Shown: one piece after another, positions 52,461 through 64,000 of the stretch
How positions within the stretch are numbered: position 1 is the stretch's first letter
How the letters are laid out: the number at the start of each line of letters is the position of its first letter
NCBI RefSeq assembly: GCF_006345805.1
Contig: NC_043009.1
Coordinates: 55,490,001 to 55,554,000, forward strand
Source of the DNA: Octopus sinensis
Lineage: Eukaryota
Direction of reading: 5' to 3'
DNA length: 64,000 bases
The notes under the pieces: generated by a model
What the model was told of the DNA's origin: nothing
Databases searched by the model: none
Seen by the model: the letters and a program-made list of their open reading frames with translations, nothing else
Translations under genes and position numbers: made by a program

Positions 52461-52869
52461 TGTCTATATATACATAGGTAATGAAAAATGTGGTCAGTTT
52501 AAATCTGATTTTCTTTATGTAGCAAGGCAAAGTTGGTCATGTGTATTAATTAACTAGTGCTGAATGTTTATGAAATTAAAATTGACATCAAGGTTGAAGT
52601 TATGATAAAATCTTTAATAAACATTTTCAGCTTCACTGTAAAGATCTGTTTATTAGAAATATGATTGTAACCTTTTCATTAACATCATTTTATGTCCTCT
52701 TGCTGTATTTTTATGGTTTAGTTAAGCTGTCAGAGTCCAAATCAGTTTTCATTTGGAGTTACTGTCCTCAGAAATGGGTTGGAGAACCACGTCTTGATTG
52801 CATGTTCCTATTTTGACATGATTTCTATGGCTACACTTAACAATGTACTTGGTGCATTTTATTGATATA

Positions 52870-53100
52870 CCTATTTCTTTATTACCCACAAGGGGCTAAA
52901 CACAGAGGGGACAAACAAAGACAGACATAGGTATTAAGTCGATTATATCGATCCCAGTGCGTAACAGGTGCTTAATTTATCGACCCCGAAAGGATGAAAG
53001 GCAAAGTTGACCTCGGCGGAATTTGAACTCAATGTAACGGCAGACGAAATACCGCAAAGCATTTCGCCCGGCGTGCTAACACTTCTGCCAGCTCGCCACC
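52870..53100 (-). mobile_element. SINE family B with TSD
   Basis: TTTTATTGATATACC at 52857-52871 and 53101-53115. Confidence 0.9.
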
Positions 53101-53374
53101 TTTTATTGATATACCAGCAACAGAAATGTTATCAAGAACACAATGCACCATTCGGTCGAGGAATAAAAACAATGACCTTGAAACCATGAGTGCAACATCC
53201 TAACCACTAGATCAGATGTCTTCACATGAATAAAAATAGAGATGAGTAATTGTGAAAGAAAGTGGTTTGTGTCAATAATGAGTGACAAGTGAGAGATAAG
53301 AAGGTTGACCGAAAAGTTCATAGGCTGATAAATATACTGTCATAGAATGTGACAGATGAGGTTAATTTTTCAAT

Positions 53375-54240
53375 ACAGTCCCCTTTGCAGTTCACATACT
53401 TCTTTCATGCAGTGCTTGCGTCCCATTGATGAAGAAGCTTTCATCTTGTTGATTAAAAATGTCGTGAAAAGCAGATTTGATGTAATCCCCATTGCAATAC
53501 TGGTTCCCAGCCAAGTGTAGTTTCATGTTGGGGAACAGATGATAGTCAGATGGGGCCAAATCAGGAGAACAGAGTGGGTGATCAACCAGTTCAAAGCCAC
53601 AGTCATACACAGCAGCCATTGAAAGCAAGAACTTGTGTGCTGGAGCATTCCCCTGATGAAACAAGATCCCTTTCATCAGTTTTCTCTGGGCGTTTGGTCT
53701 TGACAGCCTTTCATAACTACTTCAGCAAGCTGGCATAGTACTTTCTATTGATCATGTGCCCTTTTGAAGATAATCAAAAAACACAATGCCTTTTGCATCC
53801 CAAAAAACTGAGGTCATCACCTTCCCTGCAGATGGTAACAACCTTGGCCTTCTTTGAAGCAGGTGAGAAGGAGTGTTTCCACTGCATGGACTGTCTCTTT
53901 GTCTCTGGCTTAAAGTGATAAACCCAACACTCATCCTGGGTGAGAAAATGTTCAAGGAAGCCGGCTGGATCTGCCTCGGACAATACCACATTTTCCTGTG
54001 ATGTGATCAGCCCAGTGAGCTTTGATCAGGTGTCAGAAGATTTGGTATCCACCAGCAGAAACCTTAATCATGCCAAGTTCATTCTCAATTCTATCATGGG
54101 ATATGCCAAAAGCATTAGTTATTTGATTTATCATCAACCACCTGTCATCCATCACCATATGATGAGCACAATCAATGCTTTCTTTGGTGATGTCAACTGC
54201 AGGATGTCTAGACCTTGGGTTATCTTCAAAACTCTCTCAG
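53375..54240 (-). pseudogene. Mariner (DD34D-type) transposase, degenerate
   Basis: LTQDECWVYHF; SAGKVMTSVFWD; HQGNAPAH; SPDLAPSDYHLFPNMK. Confidence 0.9.
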
Positions 54241-54984
54241 GCCATCAATAAATGAGATAGTATAACTGATAGATGAGTGGATAACACAATGGAGAGGGTA
54301 GTTGATGGAAGTAACGATAATGGTATCCTCTGATTACTGCTTTGAGTCTTGGGACTCCTAGGGCCATTTACTTGGTTTGCATGGCATTTAAGTGACTGAA
54401 GTCACAACATCCTCCTGAACAGGACACCAGTCTGTTGCAAGGTTCCTTGTTCACAGCTGAGCTGACTGACACAATGTAAAAAGAAGTGTTTTGCTCAATA
54501 ACAAAATGCTGTTCCAGGTCTAGGAATTGAAACGTTGATTTTGTGATTGTGAGTGCAACAACCTTTATTACTAAGCCATGCACTTTCACAGTTGATGGAG
54601 ATTCAGTTGGAATATAATTGATAAGAAACCCAAATGTAAATCCACTGACATCTTTCTAATGTTCATTTTGCCATGCCAGAATAGGTGTGTGGGACCTCTC
54701 CTGCATTGCATATCATCACTCATCATGATTCTTTGTCATCTACTTCATGAAGTCCAACTTCTTGAGATCAATATTCACCACTTCATCTTATGTCTTCCTC
54801 AGTCTCCTTCTTCCACAGGTTTAATCCACGTAAAGTGCCCAGCACTTTTAATATACGACAGACATCCTATGTCCATACCAGAGCAGCTTTTTCTCTAGCA
54901 TGTTACATATGATTCCTTTTATATCCAATTTTTCTTTCAGTTCATTTGTGTTCTGCTTTCCATGCTCACTTAATTTTCTTTATT

Positions 54985-55393
54985 TCTTTATTGCCCACAA
55001 GGGGCTAAACATAGAGGGGACAAACAAGGACAAACAAGGACAAACAAGGACAGACAAACGGATTAAGTCGATTACATCGACCTCAGTGCGTAACTGGTAC
55101 TTAGTTTATCGACCCCGAAAGGATGAAAGGCAAAGTTGACCTCGGCGGAATTTGAACTCAGAACATAAAGATAAATGAAATACCTATTTCTTTACTACCC
55201 ACAAAGGGCTAAACACAGAGGGGACAAACAAGGACAGACAAACAGATTAAGTCGATTACATCGACCTCAGTGCATAACTGGTCCTTAATTTATCGACCCC
55301 GAAAGGATGAAAGGCAAAGTTGACCTCGGCGGGATTTGAACTCAGAATGTAATGGCAGATGAAATACTGCTAAGCATTTCGCTTGTTGTGCTA
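54985..55393 (-). mobile_element. SINE family B, tandem partial plus full copy
   Basis: Two consecutive consensus units. Confidence 0.8.
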
Positions 55394-56059
55394 ATGTTTC
55401 TGCCAGCTCACTACCTTATTTTCTTTCTAGCCTTCACAAATTTTCTGCATTCAAAGCTCATGTCTTGCTACCATATAATGTACCCTTTACTATGGGAGAG
55501 AAACTCATTGTTATTCGTAGGGTCAATAGCTCCCTGAACTTCTTAATCTGGCTACTCTACTCTTAGAATATCCAGCTCCACTGCAAGGTGCATTCATACA
55601 TGTAACTCCTTCTGTGTATCTGTGTATTTGCCACATACACAGTCTACCATTTCTGCCTGCCTACCTGTGATCCCAACTCAATCTCTTTTGCATTCAGGTC
55701 AACTCTGACTGAGCAGACATTCTTGCCACGACAATCCAGTCTTTTTTTAAGCATGTCTGGGACTCTATTGTACAATGTGCATTGTTCTTTTTCTTCTACC
55801 AATATAGTGTGAGAGGTTTAGCTGTTATTTCTAGTAAGTTGAGTTATCATGTAGAGGTTGATGTATGTATTCTTTCTATGAATATGTGTATGTGTGAATG
55901 TGCAACATATATGTTTGCAAACATGTGTGTGTGTGTGTCTGAATGAGTGCATGAATGTAGGATTGCATTTTTAGAAGTGCATACATGCATGTGTGATGTA
56001 TATCTTGAGTGTTGATGTTTGATTTTTTGCAAGTACTTTTTTTACAAACCAATCCTATG

Positions 56060-56417
56060 ACTGGCACCTGGCAGTTGCCAGGACCCCTGGACTAGTGGTA
56101 CGTAAAAAGCACTATCCGAATCGTGGCCGATGCCAGTGCCGCCTTGACTGGCTTCTGTGCTGGTGGCACGTAAAATGCACCAATCCGACCGTGGCCGTTG
56201 CCAGCCTCACCTGGCACCTGTGCAGGTGGCACGTAAAAAGCACCCACTACACTCACGGAGTGGTTGGCGTTAGGAAGGGCATCCAGCTGTAGAAACACTG
56301 CCAGATAAGACTGGAGCCTGGTGCAGCCTTCTGGCTTCCCAGATCCCCGGTCGAACCGTCCAACCCATGCCAGTATGGAGAACGGACGTTAAACGATGAT
56401 GATGATGATGATGATGA
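56060..56417 (+). mobile_element. Family C element
   Basis: Consensus with (GAT)n tail. Confidence 0.8.
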
Positions 56418-56741
56418 TTGGTGTGTATGTATAAATGTGTGTATGTCTGCATGTGTGTAAGTTCATACACATGTAATTATGTAAGAGTATGGTTGTATGG
56501 GTGTATATTTATCTGTATTCTCTGTAATCTTAATACATATTTATTTATATATATATTTTTCCTGTGTGTAGATCACTCAATAATTTTTTAATATACATCT
56601 TTTAGCGTGTGTGTGTTGTATGCTTTGAGCCTGTGTGTACAAGCATATGTGTATGTGAGTGCATATTAGAACACATGTGTATGTGCATGTATGCATATTT
56701 GAGCATATATGTACAAGCATGTGTTTGTGTGTGTGTATATG

Positions 56742-57128
56742 TATGAGGGGTTGCTGAAAAGTTCCTGGCTTTAAGGGTCTCGTAAAAGGCCTGGTTAGAG
56801 GCCTAACCTCCCAAGTTCTTTTACAAGGCTTAGAAAATCTGAAAGTCCACTGCAAACGTATCAGAGCAATCACCCCCAAGGACAATTACACCCCTGTAGG
56901 ACAATTTCCCGACGACAACTACCCCCGAGGACTAAGAAGTTTTAAAATCATCATCTGTTGTCTTCAGGGGTAATTGTCCTTGTGGGGGAGTTATTGTGCG
57001 TGGGGGATAAATGTCCTAGAATCGCTGCAACTCATGTCTGAATCTGAAAGGGGAATATGTTGAATGAAATCATTAACTAATCCTCCTGTATCTTCTTTTT
57101 ACTCAAAGCCAGGAACTTTACAGCACCC
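56742..57128. mobile_element. Mariner-derived MITE with ~155-bp internal insert
   Basis: TATGAGGGGTTGCTGAAAAGTTCCTGGC...GCCAGGAACTTTACAGCACCC. Insert ~56866-57022 has GGACAATT..CCCC repeats absent from the 42879 copy. Confidence 0.75.
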
Positions 57129-57259
57129 AGTTCATGCAATGTATGAGTAGATATGTAATTTCATATTCTATGTGTTTGTGTATGATTGTATAATTCTTTA
57201 CTGGTGTGTACACATGTGTGTGTGAATGAATATTTCTGTTAAATTGTTTAAAGTTTTTA

Positions 57260-57750
57260 CTCGTTTCAATCCCTGGACTGTGCGGTCAAGCTGGGGCATG
57301 ACCTTTTAAGGGTTTAGTCGAACATATTGACCCCAGTACTTATTCTTAATTTCGGTACTTATTATATCAGTCTCTTTTGCTGAATTGCTAAGTTACAGAA
57401 GCATGAGCAAATCAAGACTGATTGTCAAGTGGTGGTAGAGGGATAAACACAACATCCATACACATATACACATACATAAATACATACATACGTACGTATG
57501 TAAGTATGTACATACACACATACACATACATACATTCATACATACATACATACATACATTCATACATACATACATACATACATATTCACACACTTGCAAT
57601 GGGTTTCCACACAGTTTCCACCTACTAAATTCACTCACAAGGCTTTGGCTGTCTCAGGGCTATAGTAGAAGACTTGTCCAGGTTGCTGTACAGTGGGATT
57701 GAACTCAAAAGCATGTGGTTGCTAAGCAAGCTTCTTACCTTGTCTGCACC
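57260..57750 (-). mobile_element. Diverged SINE family A
   Basis: Tail and head recognisable around (TACA)n. Confidence 0.65.
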
Positions 57751-58011
57751 TATGTATGATTGCATAACACTTTACTGTTGTGCATTATGTGTGCATGTCT
57801 ATGTGCATATATGTGCACATGTACACGTGCATATATGCATACATGCATACATGTGCATGTGCATGCAAACATTCATGCTTATGCATGCACATGTGCATAT
57901 GTAAGTGTGCATGTGTGTGTGTGTGTATATCTGTGTGTGTGTGTGTGCGTCTGTGTGTGTGTGTCTGTGTGTGTGTGTGTGTCTGTGTGTATCTGTCTGT
58001 GTGCGTCTGTG

Positions 58012-58048
<37 letters not shown>

Positions 58049-58130
58049 TGTGTGTATCTGTCTGTGTGCGTCTGTGTGTGTGTGTGTGTGTGTATATCTG
58101 TGTGTGTGTGTGTCTGTGTGTATCTGTCTG

Positions 58131-58161
<31 letters not shown>

Positions 58162-58494
58162 TGTGTGTGTGTGTAGCTGTCTGTCTGTCTGGTTACATTT
58201 TATGAATCTGTATGTGAGTCAAAATATTACAAAATTTTCAGACAAAGAATAATGTACGATTTGAACTTTAAGTCATTTACCTGTTTTATAGTTTCACCTT
58301 GATATAATGATTTATGTCTACCTTGATGAGGTTACCTCTACATGATTACTGACCTGTAAAAAACAACAGCCAGATTTCCCTCAAATCACATCCGGCTGTC
58401 TTAAAAAGAAGAAGGAAGTACTGGATAATGTATTTCCTAGGAAGACGGCAACCATGTTCACAGCTGGAATTGCCAGGTCTGTCTTGGGTTAAAC

Positions 58495-58965
58495 AGCAGC
58501 GTGAACAAAGCAGTAGCAGCAGTAGCAGCAGCAGCAGCAGCAGTAACATTTGCTGCAAGCAACAACAACAACAGCAACATAACCACCATACAAATCACCA
58601 CCACTACCACTGCTGCTGCTGCCACTGCTGCTGCTGTCACTGCCGTCGCCACCACTGCCACCACCACTATCACCATCACAACCACCACCACCACCACCAC
58701 CACCACCACCACCACCACCACCACCACCACCACCACCACCAGCACCCCCACCACCAGCATCATAACCACCACCACTACCATCACCACCACCACCACCCCT
58801 ACCACCACCAGCCCCCCTACCACCACCACCACCACCAGCACCCCAACCACCACCAGCACCCCTACCACCACCAGCACCAGCACCAGCACCACCAGCATCA
58901 CAACCACCACCACCACCACCACCACCACCACCATGACTACTAACAGCAACAGCAGCAACAACGAC
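58495..58965. repeat. (CAG)n/(CAC)n/(CAA)n trinucleotide array
   Basis: Direct inspection. Confidence 0.9.
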
Positions 58966-58977
58966 ATTTGTGTATAC

Positions 58978-59021
<44 letters not shown>

Positions 59022-59743
59022 CCAGAGGAACCTATCTCGATTTTTTTCCGATAAACATCAGTTGCATTTAATGATTCTACCAGCTGCCAGTAATTAAGAA
59101 AAATGCAACAAAAATAACTATAAAAAAAAAAAACTCAACAATCAAACAACTAAAATAGTCAAGGTATGAGATTTGATATAATTGCTCGATCTGCAAAAAA
59201 TAGCAGTCAAACCTTGTTTGATAAAGATGTGTAATTGGGTATTCATAAAAAAAGAAGGCTATATAGTCCTTGATGTATTATATCTGTTAACAAAAAAAAG
59301 AAAAGAAAAAGAAGGATGGTAACAATTGATCAAGGTTGAGCTGGTGCTAAAGAACATCATAACAGTGTGCACATACGTATGCAAGAGAAGTAAATCTCAA
59401 TTGTTTTCCCATAAAGAACCTGTTTTCTATTTACCACTGTCTAACACATACCAATGATAAAATGAAACCAAATAAAATCCAATACTTGGCAAAAAAAAAT
59501 TTTGGTGGGGAAACCCCAGTATATGTACAAAATCAAAGAAAAATAAATGAATAAATGAATAAAAAAGATAACCCTATTGATTTACAACCTTCTCTCTCTC
59601 TCTCAATTGATAAAATATTTTGATAAAAATATTTCTTTGAATTGAATACCATTGATTTCAGTCAAGGAGCTTGGGTGAATGACAACTAGATAACAGATTG
59701 AAAGAGTTGGCAAATGTGTTGTTTGTGGTCAGAATATTTAACC

Positions 59744-59962
59744 CAGTGGTTTCCAACCAGGGTTCCGCAGAACCTTAGGGTTCCGCCAGTACAGTTCAGG
59801 GGTTTCGCAAGAAGTTACAAAAATGCTAAAATCAACAGTAATTTTTAATTCTCCTGTGCAGATATGTGTGCATAAGACAATTAAATTATTGCACAGGGGT
59901 TCCTCGAGCCAGTGAAATGCTTTATTGGGGTTCCGCTCCAGCAAAAAGTTTGAAAAGCACTG
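59744..59962. mobile_element. hAT-like MITE with 8-bp TSD
   Basis: CAGTGGTTTCCAAC...GTTTGAAAAGCACTG; ATTTAACC at 59736-59743 and 59963-59970. Confidence 0.85.
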
Positions 59963-59964
59963 AT

Positions 59965-60192
59965 TTAACCCTTTCATTACTGTATTTATTTTGAGATGCA
60001 CTGCGTTTCTTTCAATTACTTTAAATATAACAAAGAATTTGGTAAAATAACTTAGTTATCATTCAGCTAGTGTTAGCAACATAAATTGTAACTAAGGTTT
60101 GGCGGAAGATTTTAATTCAAAACATATGAAAACAAGACATTTGTACTCAGAGCCAGAGTCGGTTTCAGCCGGGTTGGTAATGAAAGGGTTAA
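59965..60192. mobile_element. piggyBac-like MITE
   Basis: TTAA-CCCTTTCATTAC...GTAATGAAAGGG-TTAA. Confidence 0.8.
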
Positions 60193-60254
60193 ACACAAAT
60201 GGAGCCAAGTTCATCTAACTGTGGAAATAGGTAAATACATACATTCTGAGACCT

Positions 60255-60577
60255 CCTTTGGTCACGACACAGACCATGGGATTGCACCTAGAAAGTTACT
60301 CTCCCAGGCACAAGTCCAGGCAAGGTTGTTTAAAGAAGACCAGCAGTCGCCCATGCATACTGGCCTCCCCTCTCCACGCCACCAGTGTTATGCAAGGGAA
60401 AGGCAACAGCCGATACAGCTTGGCACCTGTGATGTTGCAACTCATTTCTACAGCTGAGTGAACTGGAGCAATGTGAAATAAAGTGTCTTGCTCAAGAACA
60501 CAACACGCAGCCCGGTCTGGGATTCGAGCTCACAATCTCACGATCGTAAGCTCGACGCTCTAACCACTGAGCCATGC
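60255..60577 (-). mobile_element. tRNA-derived SINE with CORE-like segment (family E)
   Basis: TGGCTCAGTGGTTAG A-box, GCTCGAATCCC B-box, TTCTTGAGCAAGACACTTTA; 3' part recurs at ~25125-25345. Confidence 0.75.
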
Positions 60578-61415
60578 ATACATACATATAAAATATTATT
60601 GAATATAAATTCTTGATTTATTAAAATTACTAGTTTAAAAGCTGCATTACGTGCAGACTTTTAAGCTTGCTCCTGTGTAGGGCTAACTGGGCCTACAGCC
60701 CAAAATTAAGGAGAGCTAAATAGCATAACTACAATACTTCTATAATGACTATATGCCCTGGTGGTGTTTGATCAGAGGTTAAGGACTGATGAGAATTAAT
60801 TCTGTAATGCAAATCATTCTATTGTTCCAGTCTCAAGTTGAATTCCTACTGTTGGCCAATTTGTCCCAAATTTCTTATCTTGAAGCAAATGTCATTTATC
60901 TCTCTCTTGATCTCTAATGCCATCTGACAAATGCCAACCAAGATGATGTGAATCAGCCAAGCTTTACTTGCTAGAAAAAGCAACCCAAATGCTTTTAAAT
61001 CAGATGCCAATGCTGGATGTTCAAAAACCAGGTTTTCAATACTGGGATCATCCTGATTCCAAAAAGGTATAATATGTCTATCTAGAGCAAATGTAGACTT
61101 AGATACAGGGATCCCAGACAGAACTTCACATTTATTATTATAGATTTCCACCTCTAGAGGAAGTATAAGTTCCTTGGTTACAGGAGATAAGATATCTTGT
61201 AACCAAGGAACTTATTTGTAGATAAGATTGTCCTCTTATCTTCAGATAATAAGCCTGTCCTTTTCCTCATTGGGTTGTCAGTTTTAGAGAACTCTTGTAT
61301 CTTGAGATTATCTCCCTTTCTCAAGCAGAGTTGGTCTTAATTGCATATTAGTAATTATGAAACATCCTCTAGAGGCTGAGATGAATTTATGTGATATATT
61401 GTCTTTGATATACTT

Positions 61416-61795
61416 GTAGGAGTGGCTGTGTGGTAAGTAGAACCAACGACATGGTTCTGGGTTCAGTCCCACCGTGTGGCATCTTGGGCAAGTGCCTTCT
61501 ACTATAGCCCCGGGCCGACCAAAGCCTTATGAGTGGATTTGGTAGACGGAAACTGAAAGAAGCCCGTCATATATATGTATATATGTATGTGTGTGTATAT
61601 GTTTGTGTGTCTGTGTTTGTCCCTCTAGCATTGCTTGACAACCGATGCTGGTGTGTTTACGCCCCCGTCACTTAGCGGTTCGGCAAAAGCGACCGATAGA
61701 ATAAGCACTGGGCTTACAAAGAATAAGTCCCAGGGTCGATTTGCTCGATTAAAGGCGGTGCTCCAGCATGACTGAAACAAGTAAAAGAGTAAGAG
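61416..61795 (+). mobile_element. SINE family A
   Basis: Consensus match. Confidence 0.85.
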
Positions 61796-62629
61796 AGCTA
61801 TCTTTGTTGTACAAATACATGCCTTTAGCCACTCTGAGTGAATTAGTGACAGTTTGTAGTTCAGTTCTTCCAGTAGGAAAGTCTACCTCCTGTATGCCAG
61901 CAGCCATGTTAATGAAGGAGGGGTTTCATCTCTCTCATCCAGCTAACTTTATGGTAACCAAGATGAACTTGAGATACATAAAAAGATCAGATGTTTCTCT
62001 CCTTTCCTCTGATGCAACTAGGAATTCCAGCTGTCTGAATTTGATATGGTGGTGGAATGACATTTGAACACTCCAAACAGTGTAGCAAGACATGAGATAA
62101 AATGATCAGAATTATATAAAGTAGCTGAAAATGAGGGTTAATAATAGCAGAAGAATAGGCAAGTCAAAGAGAGGAAGTGAAATAGCATTGATACAATTTT
62201 TTTTTAAATGTAGTACAAACATATATGAGACTTGATTAACGAACTAATGAAATTTCAAAGATGAAATAATAAAGGGGGCAGTGTTCTGACAGTTGACAAC
62301 TGATATGAGTAGGTTATACTTCAACAATTCTAGGTGTGTAAAAATGCTTCCAAAAGTCATGGGTGCTCTGCGGTTTATTAATTTTATAAGCATGTCCACG
62401 AGAGGTAGAGTTATTGAATTAAAAAATGTAGCCAAAGTTATTGTTGGAAAAATGGTAGAATAATCTTGCTGGATTCTACCAAGTTACCAGCAGCTAGACA
62501 TTGAAACTTTAAATGTTACAAAGCCAAGAGAAACAAGACTCTCAAGATATGGTAAGAACATATTTGATTGCATGTTTCTGGTCAGCTTCCAGTAGTTTGC
62601 TATTCTGGACAAGATCTTCTTCTTAATCC

Positions 62630-63055
62630 TTTTTCCCCTTGTGGATCATAGGGCCTCAACAGTTGTTTTCCACTTTTTGCAGTCATTGGTGTGTTTCTTG
62701 ACTGCTTCCCATGTCAGGCCAGTGGTCCTGAGCTTGTCCAAAATGCTCCACTTCCATGTCTGCTTCGGGTGTCCTCGCTTCCTTTTACCCTGTGGGTTCC
62801 AGTCAAGTGCTTGTCGTGTCACATTTGAGGATTCTTTCCTCAGTGTGTGTCCAATCCATCTCCATTTCCTTCGTCTAATCTGAACATGTATGGGCTCCTG
62901 GTTGACCCTTTTCCACAGGTTGGTGTTTGGCACTCTTTCAAACCATTTCAGATGGAGGATCTGCTGGAGACATTTATTGATGAAGGTCTGGATCTTCTTG
63001 TAGTTACTGTAGGTGGCTCTCCATGTTTCAGAGCCATACTAAAGCACAGATTTTA
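62630..63055 (-). pseudogene. RTE-like LINE 3' fragment
   Basis: YGSETW...INKCL...RRRKWRWIGHTLRK...ALDWNPQGKRKRGHPKQTW. Confidence 0.85.
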
Positions 63056-64000
63056 CGTTTGAACTAAATAATTGTCAGTCTGATCAATAACTGTCAGTCT
63101 GATCAATAATTGTCAGTCTAATCTTAGATTCTGGACAAGATGGAGGTGCCAAACTGGAGATGTAAGTTGTAAATGTGGATGTAAAAATTACAGGTATTAT
63201 AACCCCAACCTTTCAATGCCTTTGGCTTTATAAAATAATTATCGAACTGTATAAACATATAGGCTGGTTACTCATTAGAGATATAGTCATAAACACCAAA
63301 TACTTTTTATTAGCCCACGTATAATGTTTTTAAAGTCTATATGTATCATCACCATCATTGTCATCATCATTTAACGTCTGCTGGATGGTTTGTCAGGAGC
63401 TGGTTGTGCTGGAGCCTGCACTGGGCTTCTGTGTCTGTTTTGGCCCGGTTTTTACAGCTGGATGCTGGATGCCCTTCCAATATGCATATGCTTCAGAGTA
63501 AAGTATTCAACAAGTACGGAGCATAATATGAAATTAAATAAATGACAAGGGAACAGGGATTATGCAATTCACTTCATTAGCTTACAGCTGTTTCTGCTAT
63601 ATGTATCAACACTCTACAAAGTATTACTCGTTGATAAATAGATATTATACAACAACAATAGATTATGATAAAAAGAAATATTTAAACAGCTGTAGTTATG
63701 AACAAGAAGGTTATTATCAAAATATAATAATATTGAAATAGTTTAACGACAGAGTTTGATAACAGTTAAATAAGAGGAAGATGTAATTAGAATAAAATAT
63801 ACTGTAATAACAGCATTAGTGGAGTATTATGGTGGATTGCCAGTTAAATGACAACATGAATTTTTTAAATGTTAAAGGTGAAAATAGATAGATTCTCAAG
63901 AGAGAGGGAGAGTGAGTGAGAGAGAGAGAGAGAAAGAGAGAAAGAGAGAAAGAGAGAGAGAGAAAGAGAGAGAGATGGATAAATAAATTGATAGAGAAAG

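Noticed and set aside
58428-59019. Mucin-like Thr-rich, His-rich and Val-rich ORFs
   Set aside because: One trinucleotide array open in three frames; no splice support or unique coding flank.
60505-60577. tRNA gene
   Set aside because: A and B boxes present but no acceptor stem; runs directly into a SINE body. The same applies to the family A heads.
60786-60802. CTGATGA-GAATT-AATTC hammerhead-like start
   Set aside because: No GAAA, stem III or stem I partner follows.
62290-62556. Plus-strand exon ending at G|GTAAGA
   Set aside because: All three frames from the nearby AG acceptors contain stops; not supportable as coding.
63066-63124. 20-bp unit repeated about three times (CRISPR-like?)
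   Set aside because: Head-to-tail with no spacers, eukaryotic context, at a LINE truncation point.

Overview
AT-rich, microsatellite- and repeat-saturated animal genomic DNA. The SINE families, (GAT)n-tailed elements and (TA)n/(CA)n/(TAGA)n density look like Octopus; this is inferred from repeat recognition, not a search. One real gene is recoverable: six minus-strand coding exons (26203-25957, 23266-23150, 15917-15780, 13031-12900, 10358-10190, 648-495) with canonical AG/GT sites and consistent phases. They splice into 957 nt (319 codons) encoding the N-terminal part of an NRPS-type adenylation domain, and the gene continues beyond position 1. Its motifs (YSSGTTGKPKG, CPHRGAVLSY, ACNVFFIWEMLRPL, GEVVTT, NLYSISECHDV) resemble, from my recollection, the fungal A-T-R-R glycine-betaine reductase family rather than Ebony, AASDH or Lys2. 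The second theme is about a dozen type I hammerhead-ribozyme-like motifs in at least four repeat lineages, several with intact cores and palindromic stem III, mostly in Penelope-LTR-like repeats. The rest is decayed mariner/maT transposons, MITEs, a Helitron, RTE and REL-endonuclease LINE fragments, several SINE-type families and a cluster of long palindromes at 29.8-34.4 kb. Most ORF-track entries are microsatellite artefacts. Repeat boundaries are approximate unless stated.
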